DNA of 64,000 bases from Diadema antillarum. Lineage: Eukaryota. The DNA is taken from NCBI RefSeq assembly GCF_040938485.1, contig NW_027271023.1, positions 3,224,001 to 3,288,000 of the forward strand. Direction: 5' to 3'. A program made the translations under genes and the position numbers. Positions 27,076 to 40,770 of the stretch are shown here, piece by piece. Within the stretch, counting starts at the first letter, position 1. Every line of letters starts with the position of its first letter. Under the pieces are notes generated by a model that searched no databases, was not told where the DNA came from, and saw only the letters and a program-made list of their open reading frames with translations.

Positions 27076-28078
27076 GTAAGTGCACAATGTCATTGCCCTT
27101 TTTGTTATCACTTTAACAACGCTATAGCGCCCTCAGATTACGAAATGAAGTGTTCTGCTATCAGATGACTTTCTTTAAAGTCATTGCCTTGCAAACACAA
27201 AACGTTTGGCATTCATTACCCTTCGTGCGATATATCGAGCCATAACAAAGACAAATCTTATGATAAAGGCATTAAAAGAGAGAGTTTGAGAAAGTACAAA
27301 TTAAACACGCTTCATGTTTCACTCTAGTTATTTTTTTTAAGTGTTTAAATCCTGTATTGCAATAATATCGCAGTTTCATTCAAAAGCGCAGGACTCCTCA
27401 AACGTTCCTTGTTAGTTTCCAATTACACTGTACTTCGCAGTGTTTTACAGCGCTTGATTGTTTTGTTTTTAAGCTCATTTCAGGGCCCCAATTTTAAATG
27501 CCAAAACCGTCAAACCTTAAAGCAGAAATATTCAAAAGGTAAAGCAGATTGTTTTAAAAAAAGTAATGATGTTAATATCATGGATAAAAAACACACATAG
27601 TGTCGGAGGTACGCGTCCGAATGATTTCGGTTTTTTTTTTTCTTTTGTAAGGGTATTTCGTCAGGAAATTCATGACCGCATAAGATGGCGTAAGTCATCG
27701 CTAGCTTTACGGCTAAAATCGTTATTCGACATGCACAGAGATAACCACGAAATCTGATCATCCGTCTCCACGGGCCTTAAAGGGGCATTCCAGACGAGTT
27801 TCATAATCTCAAATCATGTGAATCGACAGCTCCACGTATAGATTTGTGGAATTTATTGTGGTTAATTGAGTAGAGAAACCAATACTCTGAAAAATCTATT
27901 AAATACAAATTACATTGAACAGTGTTAATGACATAGGAGCCTAACACATTTCAGTAAGCGTAATTTTGTTACGATACCACTTGCATAACAAGTTCACCTG
28001 TGCAGAATCTATGCATGCTTTTTCTTTCGATTAGGATACTGTGTAATTGTGGATATAATTCTTCACTTTAAAAAAAAG

Positions 28079-28270
28079 GAGGTCCAGAGTTCGAGTCCTA
28101 CGGAGTGATTACGTTCTTGGACAAGATGTCTCTCTCGAGTCAGGTGTAAACTGGGTGCCCGGTAATGCTGGGGTAATGGATGGTGTCGGGGTCGTCGGGT
28201 AGAGCAGTGCTAAGCCATAAGAGGTTATACCCTGTGTAAATAACCCCATAACCGTTACAACCATTATCAT
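28079..28270 (+). mobile_element. Degenerate tRNA-derived SINE (SURF-like)
   Basis: B-box-like GAGTTCGAGTCC, then GTTCTTGGACAAGA and CAGGTGTAAACTGGGTGCCCGG blocks resembling remembered echinoderm SINE cores. Confidence 0.5.
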
Positions 28271-29548
28271 AATATTTCGAGGACAAATTTAAGATTTATA
28301 GAATGATAAACTGCCATCGACTTCTTACAGATTAAGATGTTGTTATTCAAGTCTTACCATAGATGTCTGCTTTGATATCACTTTGAGGAAAAGCGCGTCT
28401 GAAAGAACAAGTCTGCAGAATTCTAGGCCTGCCCACTTCCGACTAACTTCGAATGTTTTCGCTTCTTTTCCCCATCACTCACACTCAGTGGTATTCTTTT
28501 GAAGAAACAAAAGGTCCATTGCCAGTGCCTCATTTCCTCAATAATTTGCTGCTCTATGTAGGCCTATACAGAAAAAACTCAAATAATAAATATGCCCAGA
28601 CCAAAGCCACATTCTGCATAACTTTGCAATTGATAACAAGCTGTACTGACCCCCCCCCCCCCCCAAAAAAAAAAAAGAAAAAAGAAAAAGAAAGAAACTG
28701 AAATTTATAATCGATTCACTGTCATTACGTAACAATTGCACAGAAACCAATTCATATCATGTCTCTATCCGTGTATAATCTAGCGACAAGCGGTAATGTT
28801 GACAACATGCATGAAATGTGGACAAATATATCAACCTCAACGGTGATATCAACCTCGCTTTCTATGTCTTTCTCTCTCTCCCTTTTGAAGTTCACGTGTA
28901 TCCATACATGTAAGGAACTGCATGATGTTCCTTAGCAACGGCGTATACAGAGAAATCGTACAATGACCAACCATACACTTGAAGAAACCGTATACATTGA
29001 CCCACACACTTCACCTTGTTCGCCAAATTGACCTCAACGGTTGCCATTCCGCTAACGGAATGATTTTGCTGTCTTCTTTCTGACACAGAAGTGATAAGGG
29101 AGAAGCTTTACTAAACATCCATGCAAAGGCACTGTTGTTAATATTCTATAGATAAGGCAGTTGTTTCTATTGTAATTACGCGGGGTTCCACTAAAGTTTG
29201 TGGGATATCATGCTTCTGAATAACAAACCAACTTTAGAATGACAAGGTAACAAACAACATTTAATATAATATTCAAACTACAGCGAAAGATCACTGGACT
29301 TTCTCTTGTGCATGCTACGAGAAATGATAATAACTATATACTGATTTTTTTCCTGTCTATCTTTGAAAGGATAATACAGAAATCATGATGATTATTGATA
29401 TGTCTATTTAGAAGCTGTTTAGGGTGCTTCATTCTGAATATCAATTTTCTTTGGCGCAATTAACACTAATTTCGTTTTCTTTCTGTGTCGATACTTTCCC
29501 CCGCAACTTATCTCATGTTAAGTTATCATTTTGTTTAATGAGAAAGAA

Positions 29549-29549
<1 letters not shown>

Positions 29550-29594
<45 letters not shown>
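29550..29594. repeat. (AG)n microsatellite
   Basis: Direct reading. Confidence 0.95.
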
Positions 29595-29600
<6 letters not shown>

Positions 29601-30352
29601 GTACTATTATATGGGCCACGTCGAGTTTTGCAAAAGTGTGATGACCTCTCGGAGTGAGTTCTAAAACGTCACATTAGTAACTGGCACAGGAGTTTCAAGA
29701 GACATTGTTTGTTTGTGTGAGGTAGCACTGTACGTGATCTATAAGGGGAGAAGGACGGGTTCACGAGTATATCAGACTTCTCCTCAGCACACACAGCTCC
29801 AAGAAGATGGAATAATACGCACGACGTCCGAGATAACCAACGTGAAAACAAAAGAATAAAACCCAACAACAACAACATAGAATGGATAGATTTGTTATTT
29901 AGGGTGATAAAGAGCCACGGACTTTGTGAGATAGCAACTATCAGAAAACAAGACTCCTCGGGAAAAAAAATACTTTAATCCTCAATGATTGTTATTACAA
30001 CTAACGGGAAATATTTTTAATTGTTGAACAGTCATGACAGTATTTCCTTTTTATGTTTCCAAATTAATGATTTCTGCCTCTTGATAAAATGAACATGAAA
30101 TATACAATAATTCCTCGCGATTCTCTCGAATCAGTGCTTTCTGCCCAAATACATAAAATGTGTTGGGACGAATGATGACCATCAACTCGCCCATCCGAGA
30201 CGACTTAATGATACCAATTTTGCATCTCGACTATTAAAAATCCAAGTAAAAACACGGCGATTTGTTCGATTGTGTGGGAGTGCGTGTCTGTGCTTGAGCG
30301 AACAGTCATAAAAAGACACACAAAAAACCAACAACAACACACGAGCATAGTC

Positions 30353-30395
<43 letters not shown>

Positions 30396-32397
30396 TTTTC
30401 CTTGTCTTCGGGAAAGAATTACTTTAGCCACATTGAGAACACTTTTCAATTAAAATTCGCATTGACATTCCTGATCGCTGTTAGAGATGGATGGCTCCCG
30501 AGGGCGATAGTGATTATAGTGAGAAAAAAAAGTACCGATAAAATCTTAAGATGGCAACAAACGTCCCATCTGCCAACGATGGTTAAGCTTATACGAAAAT
30601 TCGCGATTCATAGCCCATTGATATTGCAGTCTTGCGTTTCCTTCCATCCAGCGTTCATTCCTTTCGCGCTAGTAATTTCTCCTCCCACATAATACAAGAA
30701 ATCAGACTGTAATCCTCCATCGCGTGTCCATAACATCGCATGAACAGAATGAAGATGAACGATTTTTTTTTTTTTAAATCGCGGTGCAAACATTATGCGC
30801 CTAAAAATTTCAGACAAGAAACAAACCAAAACAAAACTACTGAAACAACAACCCTGTAGCTGTTGTAATCTTAGTTCCGGTTATGGATTTAGGCGTCAAA
30901 AAGTCTCTGCTACCTTTCCCTGCACATCAAAAAAACAAAAAAAAAAAAAACAAAAAAAAAAGAAAAAAAACACAAAAAAGCAAAACACAAAACAAAAGCA
31001 AAACAAGACAAAAACATAAGAAGTCTGATCAGATGTTCGCGCAGACGGAAAATATCGAAGTCTCCTCTTACTGTATCAAATTATGAACGATATGAACACT
31101 TATTTCTCGCTAATTCCAGTGTCACGGCGAAATGAAAATTGATACGGATGAAGATATGGCAGGAAACTTCAAAGCAGGGGAAAGATGAAAAAGAAGAAGA
31201 ACAAGAACAAAAACAAAAACAAGAAGAAGAATTAGAAGGAGTATGAGGGGGAGGAGGAAGAAGAGAAGATGTGTAAAGTATGAGCTTTAGAAGATGCCGA
31301 ATGAAACTGACTTGACAATGCCTGTTATCCTGTGACTACAGGATGTGTCTCGGCTGTCAAATTATCAAAGCCAGTAACAAGAGTAAGGGGAGAAGTATCA
31401 TCGATGGTATAGATGTAACAATCACGTGATTTTAATGTGACAATATTGAAAACTCTAAGTTACATGTTTTTTTTTTTTTTTGACCAGTCAGGTGAGGATT
31501 TTACTTGCGTGATGAAGTCATGATTATCAATAATTATTTCTATCGAAGGTGGTGTTGGGAATCAGTATTGCAAAGTTCATGCTCACCGGGTGCTGCCGAT
31601 ATTATTCAGAAATGAACATTCTTCGACATCATTGAGAAACGAAGTCAGTCATACGACGTCCGCTGGTGTTCCTTTTTTCTTACAGTATATTCCACTAACT
31701 GTTGAAAGGTATATCATTTACCAATAAATGTAGCCTTAACGTCAGTAGCTGATTGCCATGGTACGCCAGATACTAAAAGCTGTTCTTAAAGAGGTTCACG
31801 GCTCATTTCTATTAGAGTATATACTCCCACCCTGAAATTTAGTTAATATTGGATGGTATTTTGTAAAGGTGGGATTGATATCCACTCGCTCGAAATGAAA
31901 TCAGGAGCAAGGTCAAAGCGTAAGGCATTCGAGATATGTCAAAAAACACATTACATAACAAAGTATTCTATAAGATGAAATTTGCTCCGTCGAGTTGTAT
32001 GGGTCAAGTTGTCAATTCGCAGATAGGAAATGCATCTATTTTCATAACACCGAATTCAATTAGGACATCATAACAACGTGAAAGTAAGATGGATGCCTTT
32101 TGCGTAAATATAATGTATCAGAAAGGACGAATTCTTACCTCGTTGTCATCTTGAAAAGATGCAGAATGTAGGTGCGTCCTTCTCACTGTCTTTTCCCCTA
32201 GAAGATACAAAAATGGCAAAACGCATTCGCGTGTCGTCGCCAAATCAGTTTCTCTTCTTGTCGCCCACTTCTGAAAGCCAAACCTCGTGATTCACGCTGT
32301 ATCTCCCTTTCGTATGATACTGGTATCCGTTCTTGGGTATTATTTATATACCCTCTCATCTGATGCCAGAGCAACGTACGAAAAAGAAAAAAAAAAT

Positions 32398-32430
<33 letters not shown>

Positions 32431-32624
32431 TTAACTGCGCATGCGTGAGACGTAGAACTCCATTGACCAATCGTGGATTCCGAGGCCCTACGCTGAATTT
32501 TTTGTGGTTTCATATTCGACGCTAATGACGTTTCATGATCATGCAAAAATATCTGACTCCCAAATTCCCTGTAAGTCCTTGTGATCTGCTTAGGCTCGCC
32601 AACAATGAACAACCCCGTGCCACA

Positions 32625-32659
32625 CACATACATACAACCACACATACACACACACACAC

Positions 32660-32701
<42 letters not shown>

Positions 32702-32714
32702 ACACACACACACA
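32625..32714. repeat. Interrupted (CA)n microsatellite
   Basis: Direct reading. Confidence 0.95.
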
Positions 32715-33071
32715 TTGAATTACCCCACAATGGGCACAGATCATTTCGTGTTAACGAACATGACGAAAGGGCCAAAATTATGAACGCAAGATCCATTTTA
32801 TTGCACTGTTCAAGTGTTCATCAAAGCATGCACTTCAGTGGCGTACCCTGTAGACAATTCCCTTTGTACTAACAGGGAATGACGTGGAAACATAGGTGTC
32901 GCACTTCCGAGGATGCTTAATGTATGTGCTGCAATAACTATGTAGAAAGTTACCACCAATTTGTTTATGATTTCCATGCATAGCTCTGTATTGTCAGGAT
33001 TCAGGATCGCAATTAGGATAACAGGCGATTGACGTTTGCTGATGCGGGAGAAAGGAATTGACACGCTGAAA

Positions 33072-33074
<3 letters not shown>

Positions 33075-33121
<47 letters not shown>
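33075..33121. repeat. (TG)n microsatellite
   Basis: Direct reading. Confidence 0.95.
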
Positions 33122-33125
<4 letters not shown>

Positions 33126-33859
33126 TGGCATTTGAGTGTGTGTTTCTCGCAAATGGCCTCGATTTTTGTTTCTCTTTTGAGAAGTAACAGAATATACCCC
33201 GTTTGTTTTGAGCAATCTATCTATCATGTCCCCGTTTTGCGGGCATTTTGCGAGAATATGTGTTTAAAAAACAAAAAGGGAATTTCGTTCTTTAGTTAAA
33301 AGAGTTACAATGTATTAAAGTTTGACATTATTTTGCACAATGTTTGTGTCACTGCATTTTGTCTTTATATAGTGTAACATTGACATTATTTTGTACAATG
33401 TTGTGTATAATGCAGTTTGTCTTTGCATAATGTTTTGTTTTTGTTTCTGTGAAAGTGAATTTTGTAATATGAAATTGAACGAAATTCGAAAAAGAATTAA
33501 AAAAAAATCACTTTGCAAAGAGACCATACTAAACCTTCTATGATATAAAAGCGAGGGGGGGGGGTGTATGGAGGGGGTTGTAATCTCACTACCCACTCTG
33601 TATCCATCACCTTTTCTTTTCAAAATTACGGGCATGGGATTACGGGATGATCCTTAAGAAATTGTTTCAGCACCATCTGTGGGGTCATTCCGTAACCGAC
33701 TAACGGTTGATCACAGTGGCTAGTTTGTTATGTGCTTGTAAATATCTGTAAATAAACTGTATTATAATGTAGATAGCACAGTCTGCCAGAATCTGCAGCC
33801 TTTTGAAGGAGACAGACTTAATCAGAAGAAGAAGAAGAAGAAGAAGAAGAAGAAGAAAG

Positions 33860-34675
33860 GGGCCCGATTTCCCAATATAGAAGCCTTTTCATTGACACTA
33901 CCTGCTAAAATATCGAAAATCCTTCATAAAATCCACAAAATTCCCGGATCACTAAAATAATAATAATAATAATAATAATAAATTAATCATCTGATACTTG
34001 TGTCACTCTTAACGTTCCCTGTAAGTTTTATCCAAATCCGTTCACTACTTTTTGAGTTTGTTTTCTTTTGGTTTTTTTTTGGTTTTTTTTTTGCACACGG
34101 ACAAAGAAACAAAGAAACAAACAAACAAACAAACGGTATGGTTATGAAAACAATCACCTCGGGCTTTTTTTACACGACCCGTACCGAGTTGCTCAATTAC
34201 AAACTAAATTACCAACATGTTTGCAATTAAGTTTCAAACCACCGTCCATTCACACCCATGAAGGAGCTTCGCGGATTCTGCGGATTTGAGTTTGAGCTCA
34301 GCGAGGAGTGAAGGTGTGGCTTCTTTCCAAGTTCCCGTCAATCACTCTTGTAACCTGTGTAGTAGCGCGGGTTTTCTCCGGAAATAGTCGAAGAGTCACG
34401 TGAGCTCCGTCCCCCAAAACTTAATTGGAGGTCAATCACGTTTCGTTGTTTAATTCTGGCGAAACTTAATTGAAAAACACCTCCGGACCGTGATTTGAAA
34501 CAATATAATTGTAATTAAGATTCAAATCTCCCTCCGCGATTCCAGTTTCCATTAACACTGCAAAGGGTTATTGCTTAACTAGAAAATTGATTTGCGTTTG
34601 CTCAATTACAAAAATTGTTTCAAATTAAGCAATCTCGGTACGTGTGAATGCCCGGCTCCTCCCTTGGCTGAGACA
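33860..34675 (-). mobile_element. HINE family A copy, 3'-truncated and split by a MITE
   Basis: 33860-34159 aligns by eye with 35886-36220; the 5' end resumes after the MITE as CCTCCCTTGGCTGAG (34658-34672). Confidence 0.7.
34160..34654. mobile_element. Harbinger-like MITE nested in the HINE 5' end
   Basis: TIRs CGGGC..ACAC..GTACCGAGTTGCTCAATT / AATTAAGCAATCTCGGTACGTGTGAATGCCCG; probable 3-bp TSD CCT/GCT. Confidence 0.7.
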
Positions 34676-34989
34676 AAAATTGAGGTTTGTATAAAAAAAG
34701 CGTGCTGTGCTCGGGCAAGACACCACGCAGCCGGAAGCTGATGACGTAACAAAAAGCAAGTTGGGCAATATTTCTTTAAAAACTCGCTCTATTATCTAAT
34801 TGCTTTGTAAAGCAATCCACCCTGCCCGACATTCTGTTTTTCTTGGAGAATGTTTCACAAAACCATGTGCGCAAACGTACATCACGCTAGTTGTAATTAC
34901 CATTATTCTATTCATATTTATTTCATAAAATATATATTTACATTAAAACAAATATATAACGACAATAAGAGAATGAGCTTGAAAGATTA

Positions 34990-35025
<36 letters not shown>

Positions 35026-35732
35026 AAAAACCCTGACGACCTGGTATAAAAACCAACAACACATGTTGCAAAATAGATCAAGAACTGATACATCAACAAG
35101 GCCTGCAATGACGATGAGAGCTATTACCTAGGGGACCAAGTGCATGGTGATGTTTTCCTCTCAACGCAAAGTCCAATAGCTGAGAAAACAGCACTAACAT
35201 CAAGGCGTCGCCTACTCATTGATGTGGATTGAGCCCAGAGTTTTCCGCGTAATTCATATCGTCTACAAAATTTTCGTGGACAAATTAATGAAGTCAAAAG
35301 TCAGCTTATGCTGATAAGAAGAACCTACCCCATGAACTGAAATATTCTAAGCTGACATAGCCCTCCTTTTGATGGCATAGAATAAAACAATGAATGACAG
35401 CAACCGCGAGAAATTAGCGCCCACCTTTGAAAGCTTGGTATAGTGTCACCTCTCTCTCAGTGCCATAATGATGGTAGGGTAACTATCGACTTCGCTATAA
35501 AAGGATTGAAAATGCTTCTGGTTTGGAGTTTTGAATGTGAAATATAAAACCCCCCGCATAAAACAAAACAAAACAAAGAAAGGACACACACAGATTTTTT
35601 TTTTTTTTTTTTTTTTATACAGTCGTCATTATTGCCATCCCTTTCCCACATCACTAGGCATAGTTTTCTGGGACCTAAGGAATCTTAGAAAATAACAACC
35701 AAAATATAAAACAGAACCAGCCACATTAATCA

Positions 35733-36237
35733 ACTAGAGAAGCACTCTGAGAGCGCAGACCTCCGCCAAGCATGCAGCTCATTTCCATCACTGATCTTGT
35801 TCTTCCATAGAGATATCAGTGATTTCCACCCATACGTACTTATACTTCATGCTAAAAGTGTTTTATAATAGTGTGCTGAAAGTCTCCCGATTTCCCCATA
35901 TAGAAGCCTTTGTTACGTCATAAACCCTCAGCCGCACATCTCGCCTAGCCCTAGCAGAAACTAGAGTGCGCGCATGCAAACCCCAAATACGCGCAGCCTA
36001 AACTCCCAAGTTCATTTACCCTACCTGCCAAAATATCAAAAATTCTTCATAAATTCAAAAAAAAAAAATCTCAGATCACTACCAAAAGTTAATCGTTTGT
36101 TACTTGTATCATTCTATACCTTTCCTGCAAGTTTCATCCCAATCCGTTAACCACTTTTTGAGTTATTTTGCACACGGACAAACGAACGAACAAACCAACG
36201 GTAATGAAAACATAACCTCCTCCCTTGGCGGAGGTAA
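35733..36237 (-). mobile_element. HINE family A, full-length copy
   Basis: Minus strand: TTACCTCCGCCAAGGGAGGAGGTTATG ... CTTGGCGGAGGTCTGCGCTCTCAGAGTGCTTCTCTAGT. Confidence 0.85.
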
Positions 36238-36665
36238 CTAGGCTTCAAACAAATTTGAATAGAAAGTAGGTAGGGATTGGCTGCTAAAAAATGTTCATTT
36301 GAAAACATGAGTGTCTGTATTATTTTGATCTGTGATATAATACAATAGGGAAGACTTTGAGAATGACAATAACTACAATGTATTTGAAAACATAGAAGCA
36401 GTCTGTCGAATATGCACGGCATAAGATGATCTTAGTTCCTGATGTGGCAGTGCAAGTCATTTGTCTGCAGCAAATTTCGATAACGTTTTTTTATCCATGA
36501 ATAATTACCTTTTTTTTTTTTTTTTGCAGATAAATGAGTCATGAAAATACGTAACGTCCTGCGACAAATTGTGTGGCATAATAGGCCCTACGTTAATCAT
36601 GACTAAAAACTGGTAAAAAACTGCGGAGCTGTATACATCCCTGGATATGACCATGTTCCTCTTTT

Positions 36666-37172
36666 TTACCTCCGCCAAGGGGGAGGTTATGTTTTCGTTT
36701 TTGGTTTGTTCGTTTGTTAGTTTGTCCGTGTGCAAAATAACTAAAAAAGTAGTGAACGGATTAAGATGAAACTTGCAGGAAATGTTTAGAATGATACAAG
36801 TAAGAGATGATTAAATTTTGGTAGTGATCCAAGAATTTTAGGGTGAATTTATGAAGGATTTTTGATATTTTGGCTGGTAGGGTCAATTACTGAGTAGACT
36901 TGGGAGTTCAGGCTGCGCGTATTTGAGGTTTGCATGCGCGCACTAAAGAGCGTGCTTTAGTTTCTGCTAGGGAGAGGCGCGCCATGCAGCTGAGGGTTTA
37001 TGACGTAACAAAGGCTTCTATATTGGAAAATCGGGCGACTTTGAGCACACAATGCATGCTATAAGTACGTATGGGTGGAAATCACTGATATCTCTATGGA
37101 AGAACAAGATCAGTGGTGGAAATGACCTGCGTGCTTGGCGGAGGTCTGCGCTCACAGAGTGCTTTTCTATAG
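36666..37172 (+). mobile_element. HINE family A, full-length copy
   Basis: TTACCTCCGCCAAGGGGGAGGTTATG ... CTTGGCGGAGGTCTGCGCTCACAGAGTGCTTTTCTATAG; collinear with the inverted copy at 35733-36237. Confidence 0.85.
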
Positions 37173-39839
37173 TTTTAAGTGTTTTAAGTAGAATTTGTCG
37201 TTAAACATGCTGAAAAGGACCTTGAAGTGTGATCGCAAAAAAGTAAAAATTCTATCAGAGCATGACATTGACAAGACATTTTTAGTTTTAACGTCTTATC
37301 GAGATAATTGCTGATAATTATGTTTGAACTTTAAACGCAGTGTTCATCCTTAACCAACCAGGATTCTTACAAAATAACTGGCAGCATAACCTTTCCACAA
37401 AATGATGATGACATGTCACATTTTTGATGGATGATGAAATCGATTTTCTCCTCCTTTTTCGCTAATATCACACGATACGATGGGATATTTTCTTTCCATT
37501 TGGAAACGAAAATAACTGAAATGACTATTGCCTGGAATTTGCATGGATAACAACTGGGAAATGGTGGCAGAGTCTAGAATATTTACCCGACTCTTGTGTG
37601 TCAATCACTCTAACTGATGCTGCGAGACCGATCAGTGAAATCACTTAGCAACGTTTTACCGGCACGGAGAATCGACAAAATCACTCTTGGCGGGAAACAG
37701 GTGTTAAATCAGACGACATCCCGGGTAATCATTTCCGATTGACAGCAACGACCAATCGACAGCAACAAGCGGGATCGATATGAGGAGGAAGGAAGTGCTC
37801 TTAATATCTTTTGCCGTCAATATCACATGCATTGGGGTCTTAAGCGTCAACTGGTCCTTCCTTTCAGTAGAAATTTAGTGAAAATGGGGGCGAAATGTCA
37901 GAGATTACTGACCATCGACTTGACCATCACCCTAGATATTTCGCTCTAACAAAACAGTGGTTATCTGGCATTAGTGGGAGTTAATGCTACAGCCTTGACG
38001 TGAGTTACCATGAAAACATAAGTCACTTTTCGTTGTTTTCCACGTTTATTTTTTTCTAATCATCCCAGAGAAGGACATGATACACCCATTCAAACAAAAC
38101 ATAGTTCCTTTGGACGTATCTTCATTTGGATGAACAAAGGAGAAGTGTGAAATTTTAAAGACTCACACATCCAAGAATGGCTACTCTAGTATTCAGAGAA
38201 CAATTTTGGGTCTCATGGAAGAAGTCATAATGACCACAGAACATGAAAGGCGTTTTTAAAACTCGTAGGTCAGGAGTAACAGCAAATTATGGTTTTATTT
38301 GTCCTACATTGATGAAAACAACGAAAGCCTGATATATATATATATATATATATATCCTTAACTATATTTTTCTCAAATTAAAAATCAGAAAGGCTCTATT
38401 TTGCTCCCACTATAAGTTGCAAGAAGATATGGCACATTTTCCCTTTTCCCTAAAGAGATAGCTACTTTTCTCGCATTGCCCCTTGTTTTAATGTAAAAAA
38501 TGCAATCAAATCACCAGTGCTCACTCTCTCAGGCGAGCGCACACTAGAGATACACAAAAATGTAGCTTTATCACATCCAGCGTACGTAAAACCATTTAAT
38601 AATATAGATAATGACATGTGTAATGTTAAGCGTATCCTATTTTGCAAAGGGAAGTAAAAGAAAGTCAATTTACTGAGACATCTTTGCCCCTAATAATCCA
38701 TGCAATATTTTGAAATGTACAGGCAATTTTTTTTGTAGAGATGACAAACAAAAAGGATGTATAGGATTTGTTTCACTTCTTTTGTTATGTTCTTAACTTG
38801 ACAACGCAAGATTGACTCGATAACATATGGAATATCGGTTTAATGCAAAGCCGTCTCTTTATGGTCACCTGGAGTCCATTATGCAAAGTCAACTGTAATG
38901 ATTATAAAAACATCCTTTAATATCTATCACTACATACCACCACCACCACCACTTCCGTCATTATCCTCAACAAAGCTAAAACAGGCCGACAACAAGTAAT
39001 ATGTATACCCCATATTCATAATCTCGTCCAACAGTATTAATGTTGCCCTACATCAGTATTAATATCATCACCACATGAACAAAAAAAAAAATGTATACAA
39101 CAGTTTGTATGGCGGCTCTCCTGGTACCTACATGGGCATTTCTATAGCTTAATTATAATACACAGTTTTATAAATATTTGAATAAATGAAAACAAATTTA
39201 ATTGTACTATTGGACTGTCTGTATTTCTTTATTATTAATGTGATTTTGAGCGAAATGATGCGTTAAAGATTTTAGAGGAGAATGACCAGTGTTCAGGTAT
39301 GATGAGTATATCAAAATGAACAATCAGATGGGAGCTCATCTTGTTCACAGTTTTTGTGTGAGGTGCACATTATATCTCAAACTATAAGAAATGAATAAGA
39401 AATGAGCAATTTTTGAGCCTTGCTTTGTGTGTTTTTAGAATATGACTGGGGCGTGACACTTTAACAGGTCTTGCATTCATGCATTTTGTGCCTTTTGAGC
39501 GAATAAATATACGACAGAAAGCCTCGGCACTATTAAAACCGAGGTATTCTTATATACAAAATCAGTATAGACAACCCGGTTTGCATTATCCATTGTCAAC
39601 TCCAGTCTTCGGAGCTTCAATCCTCTATACCACACTGGACGAGTAGTTGGTATCCGAGTTACTTTTCAGCTACGGGTAAGGTCTACTAACAGATTGTGTC
39701 GAAACTGGCCATTGTATAATTGTAAGTACTATTCACAACGTGTTGTATAAAGAATCTCTGGAACTCTGGGATTGTTGGTTCGCGGGGGCTAATTGTATAA
39801 GTTGTGTTGTGACGTTTTGAAATTCTAGAGAAAACGACT

Positions 39840-40470
39840 GGCAAGAAAAGACTAGGCTACTCCAGGATCATTCATGCAGAACACCCAGGAGCCAATAAAA
39901 GCGATGCTACCCCCGGATGGTTGGGTGGAAGATTCCCTAGTGGTCTCCGTGAGTGGACGAGCAATACAAGCCCCCCCTCCGCCCTCCCCCTCCCCCCTCC
40001 CCCCTCCCCCTCCCCCCAAGTTAACGTTCTTTGGTGCTTTTGGCCTATTTCGGGGGTGCTGAATCCGAATCTGGATGATGCAACACTTGCATCCCTCCTA
40101 ATGGACTCTGTCACCCTTCTTGGTCAAAAATTCCTTCAAAGACTAGTATTGTGGTATTATTCCATCCAATGTTGTGTCCTGTGTTGAGGGCGTGTTCAGC
40201 TGAAGCTGAATGGTCTTGGCTATTGTTAAAGCTTTTTTGACCAACAGAGGTGAAAGAGTCCATATTTTGGATTTAAAGTATTCAACCTACACCCAACAGG
40301 TATTCAGGCTACACGTTGTCTCCAATCTTTATCTCAAAGATTCGAAGACACGCAGGCAGCAAAGAGAAACGGTTGGCTCGAGGAAGTTCACTGGACTGGA
40401 TGGATCATTGCCCACAAACTTGCTAAAGACTGGTAGGAGCGACAATCCCCTGCTATATTTTCATCCCCGA
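39840..40470 (-). pseudogene. Penelope-like element remnant (GIY-YIG endonuclease C-terminal region)
   Basis: Minus-strand translation HSASAEHALNTGHNIGWNNTTIL (~40140-40210), then a frameshifted IIQIRIQHP..NVN and EGGLY; typical of the PLE endonuclease end. Confidence 0.55.
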
Positions 40471-40770
40471 TGATAAAAAGTTTTTTTTTAAAAAAAACAA
40501 AAAGCAGTTCCGCGGATCCTGGGTTCCTTACAGGTTCTGACTGGTGATGAATCCAGGTGATGACCTGTGTCGAGTCGTACCCGTGATGACGTTGGTCCCA
40601 TTAGCAGGTGTCCAAAGGGGGAGCTATATACACTGTAGGCAAACGCGTTCGGACTGAATTGTATCAGTGGACATCTATACTGTTTATTAGATAATATACC
40701 ATCATCTCATAACACAGTGCATTTATGTATTGCTCTATCACTTTATTACATGTACGGTACATTGTTTGTA

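Noticed and set aside
27777-28072. TTAA-AGGGGCATTCC Kolobok-like left end
   Set aside because: No matching right TIR found
40544-40589. Three GTGATGA box-C-like motifs
   Set aside because: No properly placed CTGA D box with a terminal stem; not supportable as a snoRNA
39500-40700. Hammerhead ribozyme expected near the Penelope remnant
   Set aside because: No CTGANGA-stem-GAAA core with pairing stems on either strand by manual scan; minimal matches elsewhere (19450, 51050) lack stem II
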